From Podarcis vaucheri (Eukaryota), in NCBI GenBank assembly GCA_965113315.1, contig OZ220379.1: a stretch of DNA of 64,000 nt. One strand, 5' to 3'. The translations under genes were made by a program, and so were the position numbers. Of this stretch, positions 50,950 through 64,000 are shown one piece after another (position 1 is the first letter of the stretch; each line of letters starts with the position of its first letter). The notes under the pieces are model-generated. The model ran no database searches, was not told where the DNA came from, and saw nothing but the letters and a program-made list of their open reading frames with translations.

Positions 50950-53067
50950 GTCATCACTGTCTCAAATCCTTGTTCTCTTCCTTCTTGCTGCTGTTGTGGG
51001 GGAAGTGAGGGTGTGAGCACAAAGGCTGTGCTTTCCTCCCAAAAGAACTGGGCTGCCTTGAAAGTTGATAAGCCTGCAGGACAGAGTTTCTGCATGAAAA
51101 TGCCCCACTTGATGGCTGCATTGCTGAACAGCAGTTGTACTGCTGTATGGACCAGCAGGCATGGTGGTGGAGGCTGCCTGGATTGGAGTTTCGAGGGTTC
51201 AGAATGCCTGCAGCTGAGGGGTTAAGCTGAATGTGCCGCTGCTTAAAGAATGAGCAACAGAAGATAACCAAGAACAGTTGCAGCTTCATTGGAGGGGGGG
51301 GGACGGACACCTTGACTTGCTGGTAATATAAAACACAAAACAATGTGATGGTGCTTAGCCAAGGGACCCATCAGGTTTGTCTTAATTTTTACTGTAAAGC
51401 TGACACAATTGCACTCCACCTGGCTCCATCTGCTGCTGAATGCTGGAAACCAAAACCAGGGCATCATCACCCAGATCTTCACTAGATCACCACCTAGCTA
51501 GCTAAATTGTTCCATTGTGTCGGAATGGCTGTTGCTAGCAAGAAGTTTTGACATCTCTACTCCTCGAAACTGAAGCCCATGTAAGATCCAGTGTCCAGAA
51601 GTGGACACGGCATGCCAACAGCTTAATTAGTACAGAGTAGAGTGGAACTATTCCTTAAGGGTGCTGGAAAATAATAAGTTCTGTTAATGCAGCTTAAAAA
51701 TTGTGTGAGTTTTCCAGCAGCATCACATTGCTAACTCAAGTTCAGATTGTGATTGTCCACAGTCCTGAGACTGTTTTGCCTACACGGAGAACTTCACATT
51801 TGTCTCTGTTGTCTTTGAATGGAAAACTGCTGACACTACACTACTGAGGCAATTTTAAATAAGTATTCTTGAGGTGTTCGCTACCTCTGCCAAGTTTCTT
51901 ACCATGATTTACCTCTACCCCGTTTCTCCAAGTTGTTGATAAAATGTGGAAGGAATATAGGCTCTGCATCACTTCACTCAATTTCCTCAGTTTCCAGTCT
52001 TTTAAAACTTTTATGCTGGTTAAGGCAAGGAGCCCCAAATCTTTCATGGGGGTGAACGCAGCCAGGAAGGAAACAAAACACAGCGTGAGAATGTTCAATA
52101 GATGACAGCTATATTAGTAATTTGCTTCCTCTAGTATGGAACTGAAAATGTGGAATCTATTTAGTAAAGCATGTACTTCGTTCTCTTTCATTATACGATG
52201 TATAAGAATCATTAACCAGCTGTACAATGGCAGTGAAGTAGATGAATAGTTTGGAGTTCCACAATGGGAGAGTAGCCATGACTCGTACTGCAGTACCAGC
52301 TGCTAGCAGAAACACATACAGGCTATTTAGCCTAAGGAGAGCACGACCACCCTTAGTTTTCTCTGATAGGCAGCTGTGGAATTCACAGAATTGTGGAGTT
52401 GGAAGGGACCCCAAGGGTCATCTAGTCCAACCCCCTTGCAATGCAGGAATCTCAACTAAAGCATCCATGACAGATAGCCATCCAACCTCTGCTTTAAAAC
52501 CGCCAAGGAAACAGTGCACCATCTTTCAGTGGCACCTGTCAAACAGCGCTTACAATTTGCTGAGATCTTCCCTGCTCGCTCTGCTTTGTGTGTGGACAGG
52601 CTGTGTTTTACTCCCTTTAGACTCAAACTCTTGGCTTGAGCCTAAGTCCTCTGCCTTCAGCTGAGTCGGACTTTCAGGATGTGTGGGGAACAGCCGGTTC
52701 ATTTATTCTGCTTTGGTTTCTGCCTCCTTATGGCACACACACAAGGCTGAAGGATGCATCTCTGTCCCTCATGAACAGGTGTCACATTTAGCATCACACA
52801 ATTACCAGCCGCAGAAGCCGCAACAGCTCGGACTCTGTGCAACTGGATTTTGCAAGGCCGCTTCCTGGAGCGTCCCCATCTCAAGTTAATGGGATGTGAC
52901 AGCCGTTTGGATTTTTAGCCTTGGACACTGTGAAGTATTTGGGGTGGGCAGGAGCTATTTTAGAGGTGCCAAATTCCTTGCTGAAGGAAACTTTTTTGAA
53001 TGGGGAAGAGGGGGCGATGCGTGGTTATTTCTTTTGCTGAACTGTGTACAAGAACTATATGAGACAG

Positions 53068-53690
53068 TCAAATGCACTTAAGGATAAAGACTGCCACAGG
53101 ACCCTCATACCTATGGGACCGCCTCTCCTGGCATGTCTCACGGAGGAACTTACGCAGTGGCGTAGCATGGGTTGTCAGCACCCGGGGCAAGGCAAGTAAT
53201 TTGCGCCCCCTAACCCATGGATTTGCGCCCCCTAACCCTAACCCCCAGATGTTGCGCCCGGTGCGGCCGGGCCCCCCTGCACCCCCCACGCTACGCCACT
53301 GAACTTACGATCTTCAAACAAAAACATCTTGGAGGTCCCAGGCCACAGAGAGGTTAGGCTGGCCTCAACCAGAGCCAGGGCTTTTTCGGCTGTGGCTCCG
53401 TTCTGGTGTAACGCTCTGTCACAAGAGACTAGGACCCTGCGGGACTTGACATCTTTCCGCAGGGCCTGCAAGACAGAGCTGTTCCGCCAAGCCTTTGGCC
53501 AGGGCATAGCCTGACCACCTCCTTTGGCAATCCTCACAGAATTCTAGCCCAATGGTTGCCATCAATTTGATTTGAATTAATTTTATAATGAAATGATTTT
53601 AGAATGTATTATTTTATTGTTGTTAGCCGCCCTGAGCCCGGCCTCGGCTGGGGAGGGATATAAATAAAAATTATTATTATTATTATTATT
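53068..53690 (+). mobile_element. L2/CR1-group LINE 3' fragment interrupted by a hAT MITE
   Basis: RAFSAVAPFWCNAL...FRRACKTELF; (ATT)n tail; related 3' end at ~59110-59367. Confidence 0.75.
53155..53301 (+). mobile_element. Same hAT MITE (copy 3), nested in a LINE
   Basis: Perfect 8-bp TSD AACTTACG. Confidence 0.88.
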
Positions 53691-54111
53691 TTCCTAGTTC
53701 GTCCCTTGCAGGCGATGAGTAATTAAGACAGATGATGTAGGACTGAAGAACCTATCCTGCAGAGGGCACTGCTGCCATGCTTTATGGTTATTCATGGCAC
53801 TTTCCTTTCTCCTTGTCTCTGTTGGCAGAATGAGTCCACAGGCCTACAGCAACACAAACTAATTTTTAAGCTGAGAAATTCTGAGATTGGTTGGGCAGTT
53901 TAAGTAACATTAGCAGGCTTTCCGCCCCAGGCAAAATCAAGGTTTAAAGTCCTATTTTGCTTTCGTTTTCATTCATGCAGCATGGAGTCCTCTCCAAGCA
54001 GAGACAAAAACTGCCCTCATCCAGCCCCCAAATCTGCCAACGTTGACAGATCAAAGTATTGTCCTTGCTAGAAAAGCCTGGGCCTCACTGAAGCTCTCCA
54101 TTTCTATTTGA

Positions 54112-54330
54112 GAGCTGGCGGTGTGTATGGTTAGAATGCTGGACTAGGACCTGGGAGACCAGAGTTCAAATCACCCTTCAGGCCAGGAAGCTTCCTGGGT
54201 GACCTTGGGCCAGTTTGGGCCTAATCTACCTCTCAGGTTATTGTGAGGATAAAATGGGGAGGAGGAGAACCATGTATTCCCCTTGGGCAACTTGCAGAAA
54301 AGGTGGGATGAACGTAATAAATAATAAAAT
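54112..54330 (+). mobile_element. tRNA-derived SINE (similar piece at ~61390-61500)
   Basis: A-box/B-box-like TGGTTAGA...GAGTTCAAATC, then GTGACCTTGGGCCAGT core. Confidence 0.55.
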
Positions 54331-54509
54331 AATAACCATATTTCTAACCCAAAGGATCTTGGTGCCAGAGGGCAGAAATTCTAGGCTTCGTCTGCCAGCG
54401 CTTGGCGCATAACCTATGTTTCGGCAGAACAAGTTGGAGATCTAATTCATTGTTTCCCACACCTCTGACTGTAGAGGTGCACCCTCCCACATCGCCTTTA
54501 TAAAATAGG

Positions 54510-54884
54510 GGGACGTGGGTGGCACTGTGGTCTAAACCACTGAGCCTCTTGGGCTTGCCAATCAGAAGGTTGGCAGTTCAAATCCCCGTGACACGGTGAG
54601 CTCCCGTTGCTCTGTCCCAGCTCCTGCCAACCTAGTAGTTCAAATAGCATGCCAGTGCAAGTAGATAAATAGGTACCGCTCTGGCGGGAAGGCAAACAGC
54701 GTTTCCGTGCGCTCTGGTTTCCGTCACGGTGTTCTGTTGCGCCAGAAGCTGTTTAGTCATGCTGCCACATGACCCAGAAAGCTGTCTGCGGACAAACGGC
54801 AGCTCCCTCGGCCTAAAAGTGAGATGAGCGCTGCAACCCCATAGTGGCCTTTGACTGGACTTAACTGTCCAGGGGTCCTTTACC
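54510..54884 (+). mobile_element. Sauria SINE
   Basis: Conserved body as in the other copies. Confidence 0.83.
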
Positions 54885-56029
54885 ATAAATAGTATGAGGT
54901 CCAGGCACTTTACTTGTCTACCTTGAAATGTTTTGCATCTCTGGACTCTAGAACAGTAAGTATTCCCATGTGGGTAAGTGATATGCATGCAGCAAAACGA
55001 GAGACAACTTAGCTCCTGGAGAGACAACTTGCTGGCATTTCTCCGAACAGGCAATATCTTTTACCTGCCTGATTCCAGGAAGACAGAATGATCTTGCTTC
55101 ACGGATTTGAGATGTCTTGCCACTTCGTTCCAAAGATGAGATGAAACTACACTGGGATTGCACATCCTTCGAGGAGCAGTAAAACTTTTTTAAAAAGAGG
55201 TTGTGATCTATCTTTCTGTTACGAGTTTTAAACAAGCCCCTTGTGTGAAACTAACTAACTAACTAACCTAGAAGTTTCCACTTTTAAAGAGCGAGCAACA
55301 AAAGGGGAGGGTTGTAACTCTGGGGAAAAACCTAAGTAGAACAAAGTTATAAAATAGGTCACAAAATAGTGGAGCCGTGGTGTGTTTGCGCAAGTAACTG
55401 TTCTGTTTCGCATTCGTCAAGACAAAAGCAACATCAAATAGGACCTCGTGACGTATCTCTAACCAAATTCCACTTAGCAGTGATTATGGGTGTGTTACCA
55501 AGAGGAAGAATAACATCATCCTTAAAACTCAGCCACCAAAGTGGGGCACAGTGCGTGGGCTGTGCAGTAAAAGTGAGAGAACTGCTGTGCATTCCTTGAG
55601 CTACTAAAAATGGTATTAAAAAGAGACTTCTGGTTGAACACCAGTGTGCCAGCCGCTGGGGAGGAGGCGAGCCCTGCTGGATGTCCTCAGGAGAAAGATC
55701 ACCCTGGTGATCCCAAATGCACACACAGCAACCGCAAATATTTCTGCTGTGTCTGGAGGCTGAAAACAATGCTCAACCTGTCCGAGAGGAAGTTCTGCTA
55801 GTCCCCGCTCCCCATGCACACAAAACAAGTTCTATTTACTTTATCATTAAAGAAGAAGAAATACTGATGTTGCACTCAGTGCGTTGCTCTGCATAGCACC
55901 CAGACAAGATGCCCCTCTAACCGCTAGGCAGCAATATCCAATTTGGTTTCTGTCACCACAGAGACTATTGGGAAACCTGATGTCTCCCACTTATCTCTCT
56001 TTTGTGGGAGGGTTCTGCTTGTGTACTTT

Positions 56030-56490
56030 TTTTTGGAAATCATTTTCATTTGATTTTACAAATATAATTTTCTAACAGTCCAAATGCATATCCATATATA
56101 GAGATTACTCTGAATCTTGAGACTTTCCGTCACCCCCTTCATGGTTCCTATTGTCAACATATAAAACTGCATATTATTCCATTATCAATCCATATTATCC
56201 ATAAAGTTTGTTACATTACAGGTGAGATTAAAATGCTGCTAATATTTTCATCTACTTGCAGTTGTCTCCTAAACAGATTATAATTTTCCCCCATTCTTTA
56301 AAAAAGTTTTTGTCCTCTTGGTTCCTGAGCTTTCCGGTCAGCTTTGCCATTTCTGCCTAGTCCATCAGCTTAGTTTGCCATTCCTCTCTGGTAGGGACTT
56401 TCTTCTTTCCATCTCTGGGCTAGTAGCATCCGAGCGGCTGTTGTCCCGTACATGAAAAGCCTTTTCTGCTCCTTTGGGATGTCAGTACCC
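56030..56490 (-). mobile_element. L1/Tx1-like LINE 3' fragment
   Basis: Degenerate ORF2 C-terminus (…MYGTTAARMLLAQRWK…EEWQTKL…) plus A-rich 3' region. Confidence 0.55.
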
Positions 56491-57137
56491 CACTTACCTC
56501 TTTAAAGTTATGTTCTCAAGAGGAAGAGGATGATTTCTTTTGCTAAAGATAACCCAGGTACTTTCCTGGAATAATAGATAATATTATTTCTGTGAAGAAT
56601 AGAATCATAGAACTGTTGGAAGGGACCACGAGGGTCATCCAGTCCAACCACCCGGCAGTGCAGGAATCTTTTGCCTAAAAGGGACTCAAATCCACAACCC
56701 TGAGATTAAGAGACATGCTCGACTGACAGAGCTATCCTAACAGCATGTGTATACCCAAGAATACAGGTTTCTCACTGAGGCAACAGAAATCCCGAGGCAA
56801 CAGAAAAAAAGCACAGGTTGCCTCACTGAGGCAACAGAAATCCTTTCAGTCCTGTGGTCTGAATCCAACATTATGTCCTTGGAAAAGTAGGTTGGAACTC
56901 AGATAGTCGGATCTTCCAAATTTGCCAAATTGCCATGTTTTCTGCCTAAACCCAGCCCTAAATTCACATGGAAAGAGGGGTCTGGGGTTTGCGGTGATTA
57001 TGTGCTGGGACCATATACTTGCTGACGCTTTGTGAAACTGACTGGGTCTACTGTTTTAAACAATGATTATTATTTGGGGAGCTGCCTGATTCATTTGAGG
57101 TCTGTTGCTAAGCGAGTGAAACACACAATGGCTTAGA

Positions 57138-57188
<51 letters not shown>

Positions 57189-58166
57189 AGTCCAGGGTAC
57201 CTTTAATGCTTGAAAAATCTTCACCTTTACATTAAACTCATGCTTGGCTGCAATAGACACACACCTGAATGTTTATTTTGCTTCTGTACCTAGAACGCCA
57301 CCAAAATTTAATCTGCAGCTCTGCTGTAACAGGTCTCTATCTCTCCCTTCCAGGTGACTTCTGGTTCCCAATGCGTGTGGTTTTTTTTAATATAGCTCCT
57401 ATTGGGTGGTTAAGATATTTCTGCCTAGCTGAGATTTTTAAAAGGCATATTTCTGCTGACTCAGCTCTAGTGATTTAACTACCTGCCTCTTTTAATTCTT
57501 AGCGGGTTTGGTTTTTGCCCTTGATTTTATCATTGCTGTTGGTTTTTGGTCTACTTGGATTATTTTATTTTTACGTATGCCTCCTTGGTTGCCTTGAGCT
57601 CTATATTTTAAATGCAAAGGTGGGATAAAAGCACTAGAAGATCCTGCTGGGTTGAGACAATGGCCCTTTCAGTCCCGCATCCTCACAAGGCAGAATGAGC
57701 CCTTTCCCCTCCTGTGGTTTCCTGCAACTGGTATTCAGAAGCTGTGGAGGCAGCGCATAGCCATTAGGCCAATAGTCATTGATGGCTCTCTTCCCCCATG
57801 GATTTTTCTAATCCTCTTTCAAACTCATTTAAATTGACAGCCATCACTGCTTCCTGCATCAGAAGCATTTTCTTTTATCTGTCCCGAATCTTCCACCCAG
57901 CATACAGGGGTGTAGCCACGATTTAATTGGGGGGGGGGCACGACACCCACCTTTCATCCTCCTCTGTCTGTCTCTGTCTCGCAGATTCAGAATGAAATGT
58001 CTCAACAACAGTTGCTTTAAATTACTTTCCTTTGACCCCCCCCCCCAAGTGCTGAGAAAAACCTGTCAACGTCTTTGTACAATTTTTTTTTGTTATTATT
58101 TATTTACTTGATGGGGGGCAGCTCCCCCCCCCCCCCGCTATGCTCATGCCAGTATATTTTTCTAGG

Positions 58167-58552
58167 AAGGTAAAAGGTAAAGGTAAATGACCCCTGGATG
58201 GTTAAGTCCAGTCAAAGGTGACTATGGGGTTGTGGCACTCATCTCGCTTTCAGGCCAAGGGAGCTGGTGTTTGTCCACAGACAGCTTTCCGGGTCATGTG
58301 GCCAGCAGGATTAAACCACTTCTGCCGCAAAAGGGACACCGTGACGAGTGCCAGAATGCAAGGAAATGCTGTTTACCTTCTTGCCACAGCGGTACCTATT
58401 TATCTACTTGCACTGGCGTGCTTTCAAATTGCTAGGTTGGCAGGAGCTGGGACAGAGCAATGGGAGCTCATTCCATCGTGGGGATTCGAACTCCCAACCT
58501 TCTGATCAGCAGGCCTAAGAGGCTCAGTGGTTTAGACCACAGTGCCACCCGC
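58167..58552 (-). mobile_element. Sauria SINE
   Basis: AAAGGT tail on the + strand; conserved body. Confidence 0.83.
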
Positions 58553-58679
58553 TGAGCCCAAGACATGGTTTACATCCATGTAACACCTCCTTGCTCCCGT
58601 TTCCGACTGCCACAACACAGAGTGCAGATTTTCGCTTCTCATAATGCCGAGCAAACAGCTGCATGTTTCTTTAAAAAAA

Positions 58680-59316
58680 ATTATTAAAGATTTCTTGGTT
58701 TACAAAAGTATGTGCAGTGTCTCTTTTTTCAAGTTTAATTTTCTACAGATCAGTTTCATTTGTTGAGACATTAGTGTTACATTAGGAAGAAAATGGGGAA
58801 AGAGGTGGAGGGGGTATGGTGAGTGTGGGTGGGGTCGGGTAGCGATGCTTCTATTTTACTTAATGTATGTGTGGGGTTTTGTGTTAGTGTCACTTGTGCA
58901 GGTTCTCTTTACTATTCGCTTGTGTTCCTTTGGTAGTGAGAGAGGTTGAGGTTGGCCGAGGGTGTGGTTGTGTGTTTGTGATTGGCTGTGGTGGTCTTTG
59001 TTTTCATGTGTGAGTGGGGTGGGTGGGTGTTTTGGATCAGGTTAGCCATATTGATTCGTATGCTGTTGGTGGATTCTTGTCGCTGTCTTGTTAGGCTGTG
59101 TTGGACTGTGCCTTTTGCCAAGGCACAGTCTGACCCCCTCCGTCGGTAATCCTCACAGAACTCTAGCCCAATGGTTGCCATTAATTTGATTTTGAATTGA
59201 TTTTAGAATGAATTGATTTTAATTAATTGATTGTGATTTTATGTAAACTGTGTTACTTTTATTGTTGTTAGCCACTTTGAGCCCGGCTTCGGCTAGGGAG
59301 GGCGGGATATAAACAA

Positions 59317-59370
<54 letters not shown>

Positions 59371-59590
59371 TGATAAAGGGGAGCCGTATCAGAGTGAAGG
59401 CATCTTCTTCTATTTGTCCCTGTGTCAGTTTCAGTTTACTGGTTAATTTTTCTAATAAAGCTGTTTCCCAAACTATTTGATACCACTGATCCATGCTTAC
59501 TCCTGACAGGTCTCTCCAGTGTCCGGCTACTATATTTCTGGCTGCTGAGAGTAGGTGGGTTATGAGCTCTTTATGATGGGAGTGGGAAAC
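58680..59590 (-). mobile_element. L1-like 3' fragment interrupted by an L2-group 3' end (~59110-59367)
   Basis: HLLSAARNIVAGHWRD...WYQIVWETALLEKLT ORF2-like C-terminus; inserted piece ends in (ATT)n. Confidence 0.55.
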
Positions 59591-60384
59591 AGCTGTATGT
59601 TTCCTACCCCCAACACCTGTGGAATATTGACAGAAATGGAGTAAGGGAAACCGCTGGACATAACAGGGGACGGAAACACGTACCCACATACACTTACGAT
59701 TGCTGGCTGACCTTTGCTTGCAAACAACCCCTTATCAACAGCTTGGTGCTTAGCAACTGGAAGTCTTGCCAGCCCCACCTGCCCTTCTCTCTGCTTCCAT
59801 GAATTCTCTATCAGGCATTCCAGCAAGTGTGGCCGGACCTGTTTCATGACATGAACCCGAGAGCAGCTTCTAATTTAAACAGAGCCAAAAAACTTTGCGC
59901 AGATGCCACACGGGACAAGTGCCACATAATGGCACATATGGCGGCCTCTTCAAAACCACAGGCTCTACTATTTCCTGAATGCTTCCCTATGAGCTGGGTG
60001 TGAAAATGCAACCAGTTCAAAAGCTGTAAATTGACCAAGGGTGGGAGAAGTCCAGCCCAGAGGTGGAGGATGGAGCCGAGCATTGGGCATAACCATGATT
60101 TATGTTGGGGGGGGGGGCAGGACACCATCCTCTGTCTGGCTCTGTCTAGCAGATTCGGAATGAAATGTCTCAATGACAGATTGCTTCCTTTTGACCCCCA
60201 AGCGCTCAGAAAAGTATGTCAAAATCATCAGTCATTTGAAAGCTAAATAAAAAATTAACACCTGGGAGTACATTTCACGCAGTGAATATTTTGCAAAATT
60301 ACAAAGAACACACCTTATTTATTTTAGTTTTTTAAAAAAACTAAACTAAAACAAGTTTTATTGGATATATATGTGTGTGTCTCC

Positions 60385-60897
60385 CCAGTAGCACCTTAGA
60401 TTCCAACTAAGTTTGTTCTTGGTATAAGCTTTCGTGTGCATGCACACTTATTCAGAAGTTCAGATGGGAAGCGGGTGGCACTGTGGGTTAAGCCACAGAG
60501 CCTACGACTTGCCGATCAGAATGTCGGCGGTTCGAATCCCCGTGACGGGGTGAGCGCCTGTTGCTCGGTCCCTGCTCCTGCCCACCTAGCAGTTCAAAAG
60601 CGCATCAAAGTGCAAGTAGATAAATAGGTACCGCTCTGGCGGGAAGGTAAACGGCGTTTCCGTGGGCTGCTCTGGTTCGCCAGAAGCGGCTTAGTCCTGC
60701 TGGCCACGTGACCCGGAAGCTGTACGCCGGCTCCCTTGGCCAGTAAAACGAGATGAGCGCCGCAACCCCAGAGTCAGTCACGACTGGACCTAATGGTCAG
60801 GGGCCCCTTTACCTTTAAGGTGCTACTGGACATTTGTATTTATTTATTTAGTTACATTTCAACTTCGTCAGACCAACACGGCTACCTACCTGAATCT
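60385..60897. mobile_element. Diverged Penelope-like inverted repeat with a Sauria SINE (60466-60816, +) inserted in it
   Basis: CCAGTAGCACCTTA left arm and TAAGGTGCTACTGG right arm; CAGACCAACACGGCTAC terminus; SINE body between them. Confidence 0.75.
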
Positions 60898-61710
60898 AGA
60901 AGTTTTAATGGATTTGCTGAAAACCATTTCAGCACTTCCTTCTCAAATTCCAATGGGGATTTTCTGTGCACGCTCAGTAAGCCAAACCCATTGAGATGCT
61001 CCCCTGTCATCGATGACCTTAGCCAGGTCTATTACCCTCTGCAAGCTACTGAATGACTGCTCTGTGGTACGAAAGGCGCATGGCTGAGCAAGAGAGATGA
61101 GCAGTGCCTTTTTCTGTGGTCGGGTAAAAGATTTTCCTCTGTTCATGTAAGCCACACCTATCTCTCAGTTGGGTTGCCAGTTGCGTCACTAGAATGCGCC
61201 ACAACATCATCCAAGCGACCTCAGCAAACTTTTCAGTTTCACATATTCCAATTATTTCTACTTTTGGTTAAGTATTTTTATTTATTGACTTGATGGGAAG
61301 GGGAACAGCTGCCCTCCCTGCTATGCCCATAGCGCTGAGCTCTTCTCCTGCTTCTGCTCCCCGCTTATCTCCTAGCTGGGATCCCAAAGCCCGTGGTGGT
61401 GTAGTACTTTGGGTGCTGGCCTAAGACCTGAGAGACCCGGGTTCAAATCCCCACCCAGCTGCGAAGCTCACCGGGTGACTGTGGGCCAGTCGCCCACCCA
61501 CTGCTTGGAGGAACGGTGGGGTAGAAATGTGAAGAGAAGAAAATAAACAAAAAACATACACAGCTGTTGTGTGGAGGGACTCAATGCTTCAGAACTTCCA
61601 AGTGTGGGCCTTCCATTAACCCACACACCTGCCGTACGATTGGAAATGACAACTTCCTTCCTCTCTCTTTTTTTAGGACTGCAGGGACACCCTCCCTGCA
61701 ACATATAAAT

Positions 61711-61962
61711 CAGGGGTAGGCAACCTAAGGCCCGGGGGCCGTATCCGGCTCAATTGCTTTCTAAATCTGGCCCACAGACGGTCCGGGAATCAGAGTGTTT
61801 TTACATGAGTAGAAGGTGTCCTTTTATTTAAAATGCATCTCTGGGTTATTTGTGGAGCATAGGAATTCCTTCATTTCCCCCCCTTCAAAATATAGTCCGG
61901 GCCCCCACAAGGTCTGAGGGACAGTGGACTGGCCCACTGCTGAAAAATTTTGCTGACCCCTG
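61711..61962. mobile_element. hAT MITE
   Basis: TIR CAGGGGT / ACCCCTG; TSD ATATA(A/G)AT. Confidence 0.75.
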
Positions 61963-63880
61963 ATATAGATATTAGATGCTCAGCCCTGGGGTTACCGGGC
62001 AGCCGTCTTGCAGTATCTAGCACAGCTGGAGGAAGTGTGGTGGCTTCTGAAACTACCACCCAAAAATTGGAATGAAGGAATATTTAAGGACCTATCAAAA
62101 ATTGGAGTTATAAACGAGATGCGGGGGGGGGGGGGGATGATAACATAAGGATCCACAAAAGGGGGAGGGAAATCAAAGGGGATATGTGTATTATTATTTT
62201 TTGTTTTTATTTGATGTATGTAAAACTGAATAATTCAAAAATGAAATTCTATATAAAGAAACTACCACCCCACCCTGCTCAAGGCCTAAAATGCTCCCGC
62301 TGCAACCTGACCTAAATGCACATAGCGCTCCCCATAAATTCATATAACTGAGCATCCCCAAACATACATTATTTTAATATGAGAGGTCTTACGCAAAGCT
62401 GTTTTTAAGAGGAGCAAATGGGGGCAGGGGGTGTGGCAGTAGAGACCACCCCCTGAAATGTCACCACACATGTAACAAACATGTTTCCAATGGGCTCATC
62501 CACACTTGTCCTGTGCCTGAGTCCAAGCAGTTTCCCACATGTCCTGGGCTTTCTAAGCACAGCTCCAAGAGGTTTAGCTTTTGCCCTGCTGCTTTTGCCT
62601 GGAAAATGCACTCTTTAGCTCTAAATGGGAACAAACAGCCATCTGCGGAAAACTTGATGGCTCTTTGTTCTGATTCAGCGCTAAAGCATGGGTTTCCCAC
62701 AAGGAAAACAGTGGGGAAACAAAGCTGTGGGCAATCCCTTAGTTACATTGATCTGTAGTTACCATTTTATTGCCTATTCACCCAGGGTGGAGCAATCCTT
62801 CAGGAGCGTTCCAAATCCCTCTTTGATTTTCGCCACTGAATAAATTTGGGGTGATCTGAAAACTTGGCCATTCACTTAGCAGACAGCAGAAAGCTGCAGC
62901 TGGGAGTTATTATGGAGTGTTTATGCCAAATATTGGAAATATCTGTATTCTATACAATTGGACGGTAGAAGAGTGGAAGTACCCCCCCTCTCTCTTATTT
63001 AGTTTTGGATCATTCTTTATTAATATTAAAATTACTTATAAAAATGATATGAAGATACATACAGAGAAAAGATGGCTAGAAAACTATGTGAGTGACAGCA
63101 TAGTGGTTTTTCTCAGAGTGTGAGCCCAAGAAAGATGGGAGCTGCCCCAGGTGGGAACTGGGAAGATGTGGATCACTGTTTGTGAATTGAAGATTAGGAC
63201 AGAAAGTTGATAGAATATAAAAATTTGTGTTTGTGTAGGTTTGTTTCTTTTCTTTTCCTTTTTTATTATTTAGCTTTCTCTAGATATTAACTTCGTTATG
63301 TTTTTATTGCATTATATGTTGAAAACCTTTAATAAAATTGTTTTTTTTAAAGAAAGAACAGACCGTGGCTTCCCCTAATACCTGCACCAAGAGCTCCCGC
63401 GTCCGCAGCACCCGCCGCGCAGCTCACAAAATCTCACGCGCACAACAGCCCGTAGAAAAGGACGTCAAATCCATTTAATGTTCCTCGTTTCCAGACATAG
63501 CACATCGCAGACATGGTTTGCGCCGCGGGAGCGCGACTAAGCAGAACGCAAGGGCGGAGAGGTGGAGGCGAAGGAGACCGCGGCTCGTTCTTCATCCCCG
63601 CACGAGGAGAGGCTCTTGCTGTCGGGGGGCAACGTGGTCTTGGGATGGGAGGGGGGCGCGCTGCCCAAATGCACTTCTGCCTGTTCAGAGAACAGAGTCC
63701 AGTCTTTAAGCCCACTTGGCACCGAGATGAGGTTCAAGTTTTGCAGAGAGGAACGGATCCAGTTTGGCTTGTGTGTGTGTAGCATGGGGAGGCAAGTCAC
63801 ATATACTAGGTGGCGAGGTGGGGGGGGCCTTCCTGAGGCAGAACCCAGGAGTAGAGGATGCAATAAGGCGGGTGCTGCCC

Positions 63881-64000
63881 CAGTGGCGTAGCGTGGGGGG
63901 TGCAGGGGGGCCCGGCCGCACCGGGCACAACATCTGGGGGTTAGGGTTAGGGGGCGCAAATCCATGGGTTAGGGGGCGCAAATTACTTGCCTTGCCCCGG
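63881..64000 (-). mobile_element. Same TTAGGG-bearing hAT MITE (copy 4, runs off window)
   Basis: TIR CAGTGGCGTAGCGTGGG; GGGTTAGGGTTAGGG inside. Confidence 0.85.

Noticed and set aside
56761-56845. Short tandem duplication of CTCACTGAGGCAACAGAAATC
   Set aside because: Local slippage or repair duplication with no other supporting structure

Overview
Vertebrate genomic DNA, a squamate reptile and probably a lacertid lizard (inferred from Sauria SINE, BovB, CR1 and Penelope repeats). It covers the conserved MRPL51 - NCAPD2 - GAPDH block. MRPL51 coding exon 1 is on the minus strand at about 0.9 kb. NCAPD2 (condensin I subunit) is complete on the plus strand: 31 coding exons at 3245-31409, giving 1406 aa when I join them, with all phases consistent. 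Its third coding intron hosts the composite C/D-H/ACA scaRNA SCARNA10 (U85). GAPDH is complete, with 12 exons and 333 aa (TATA 43405, stop 50806). Introns and intergenic DNA hold many transposable elements: hAT and Tc1/pogo-type MITEs, Sauria SINEs, BovB, CR1, L2-like and L1-like pieces. The most notable extra structure is (i) Penelope-type inverted-repeat insertions with target-site duplications that carry minimal type-I hammerhead ribozyme motifs from two families, (ii) a hAT MITE with TTAGGG-containing tandem repeats, present four times around GAPDH, and (iii) a CpG-rich unexplained ORF region between NCAPD2 and GAPDH. All identifications come from reading the sequence and recalling homologues; no database searches were run.
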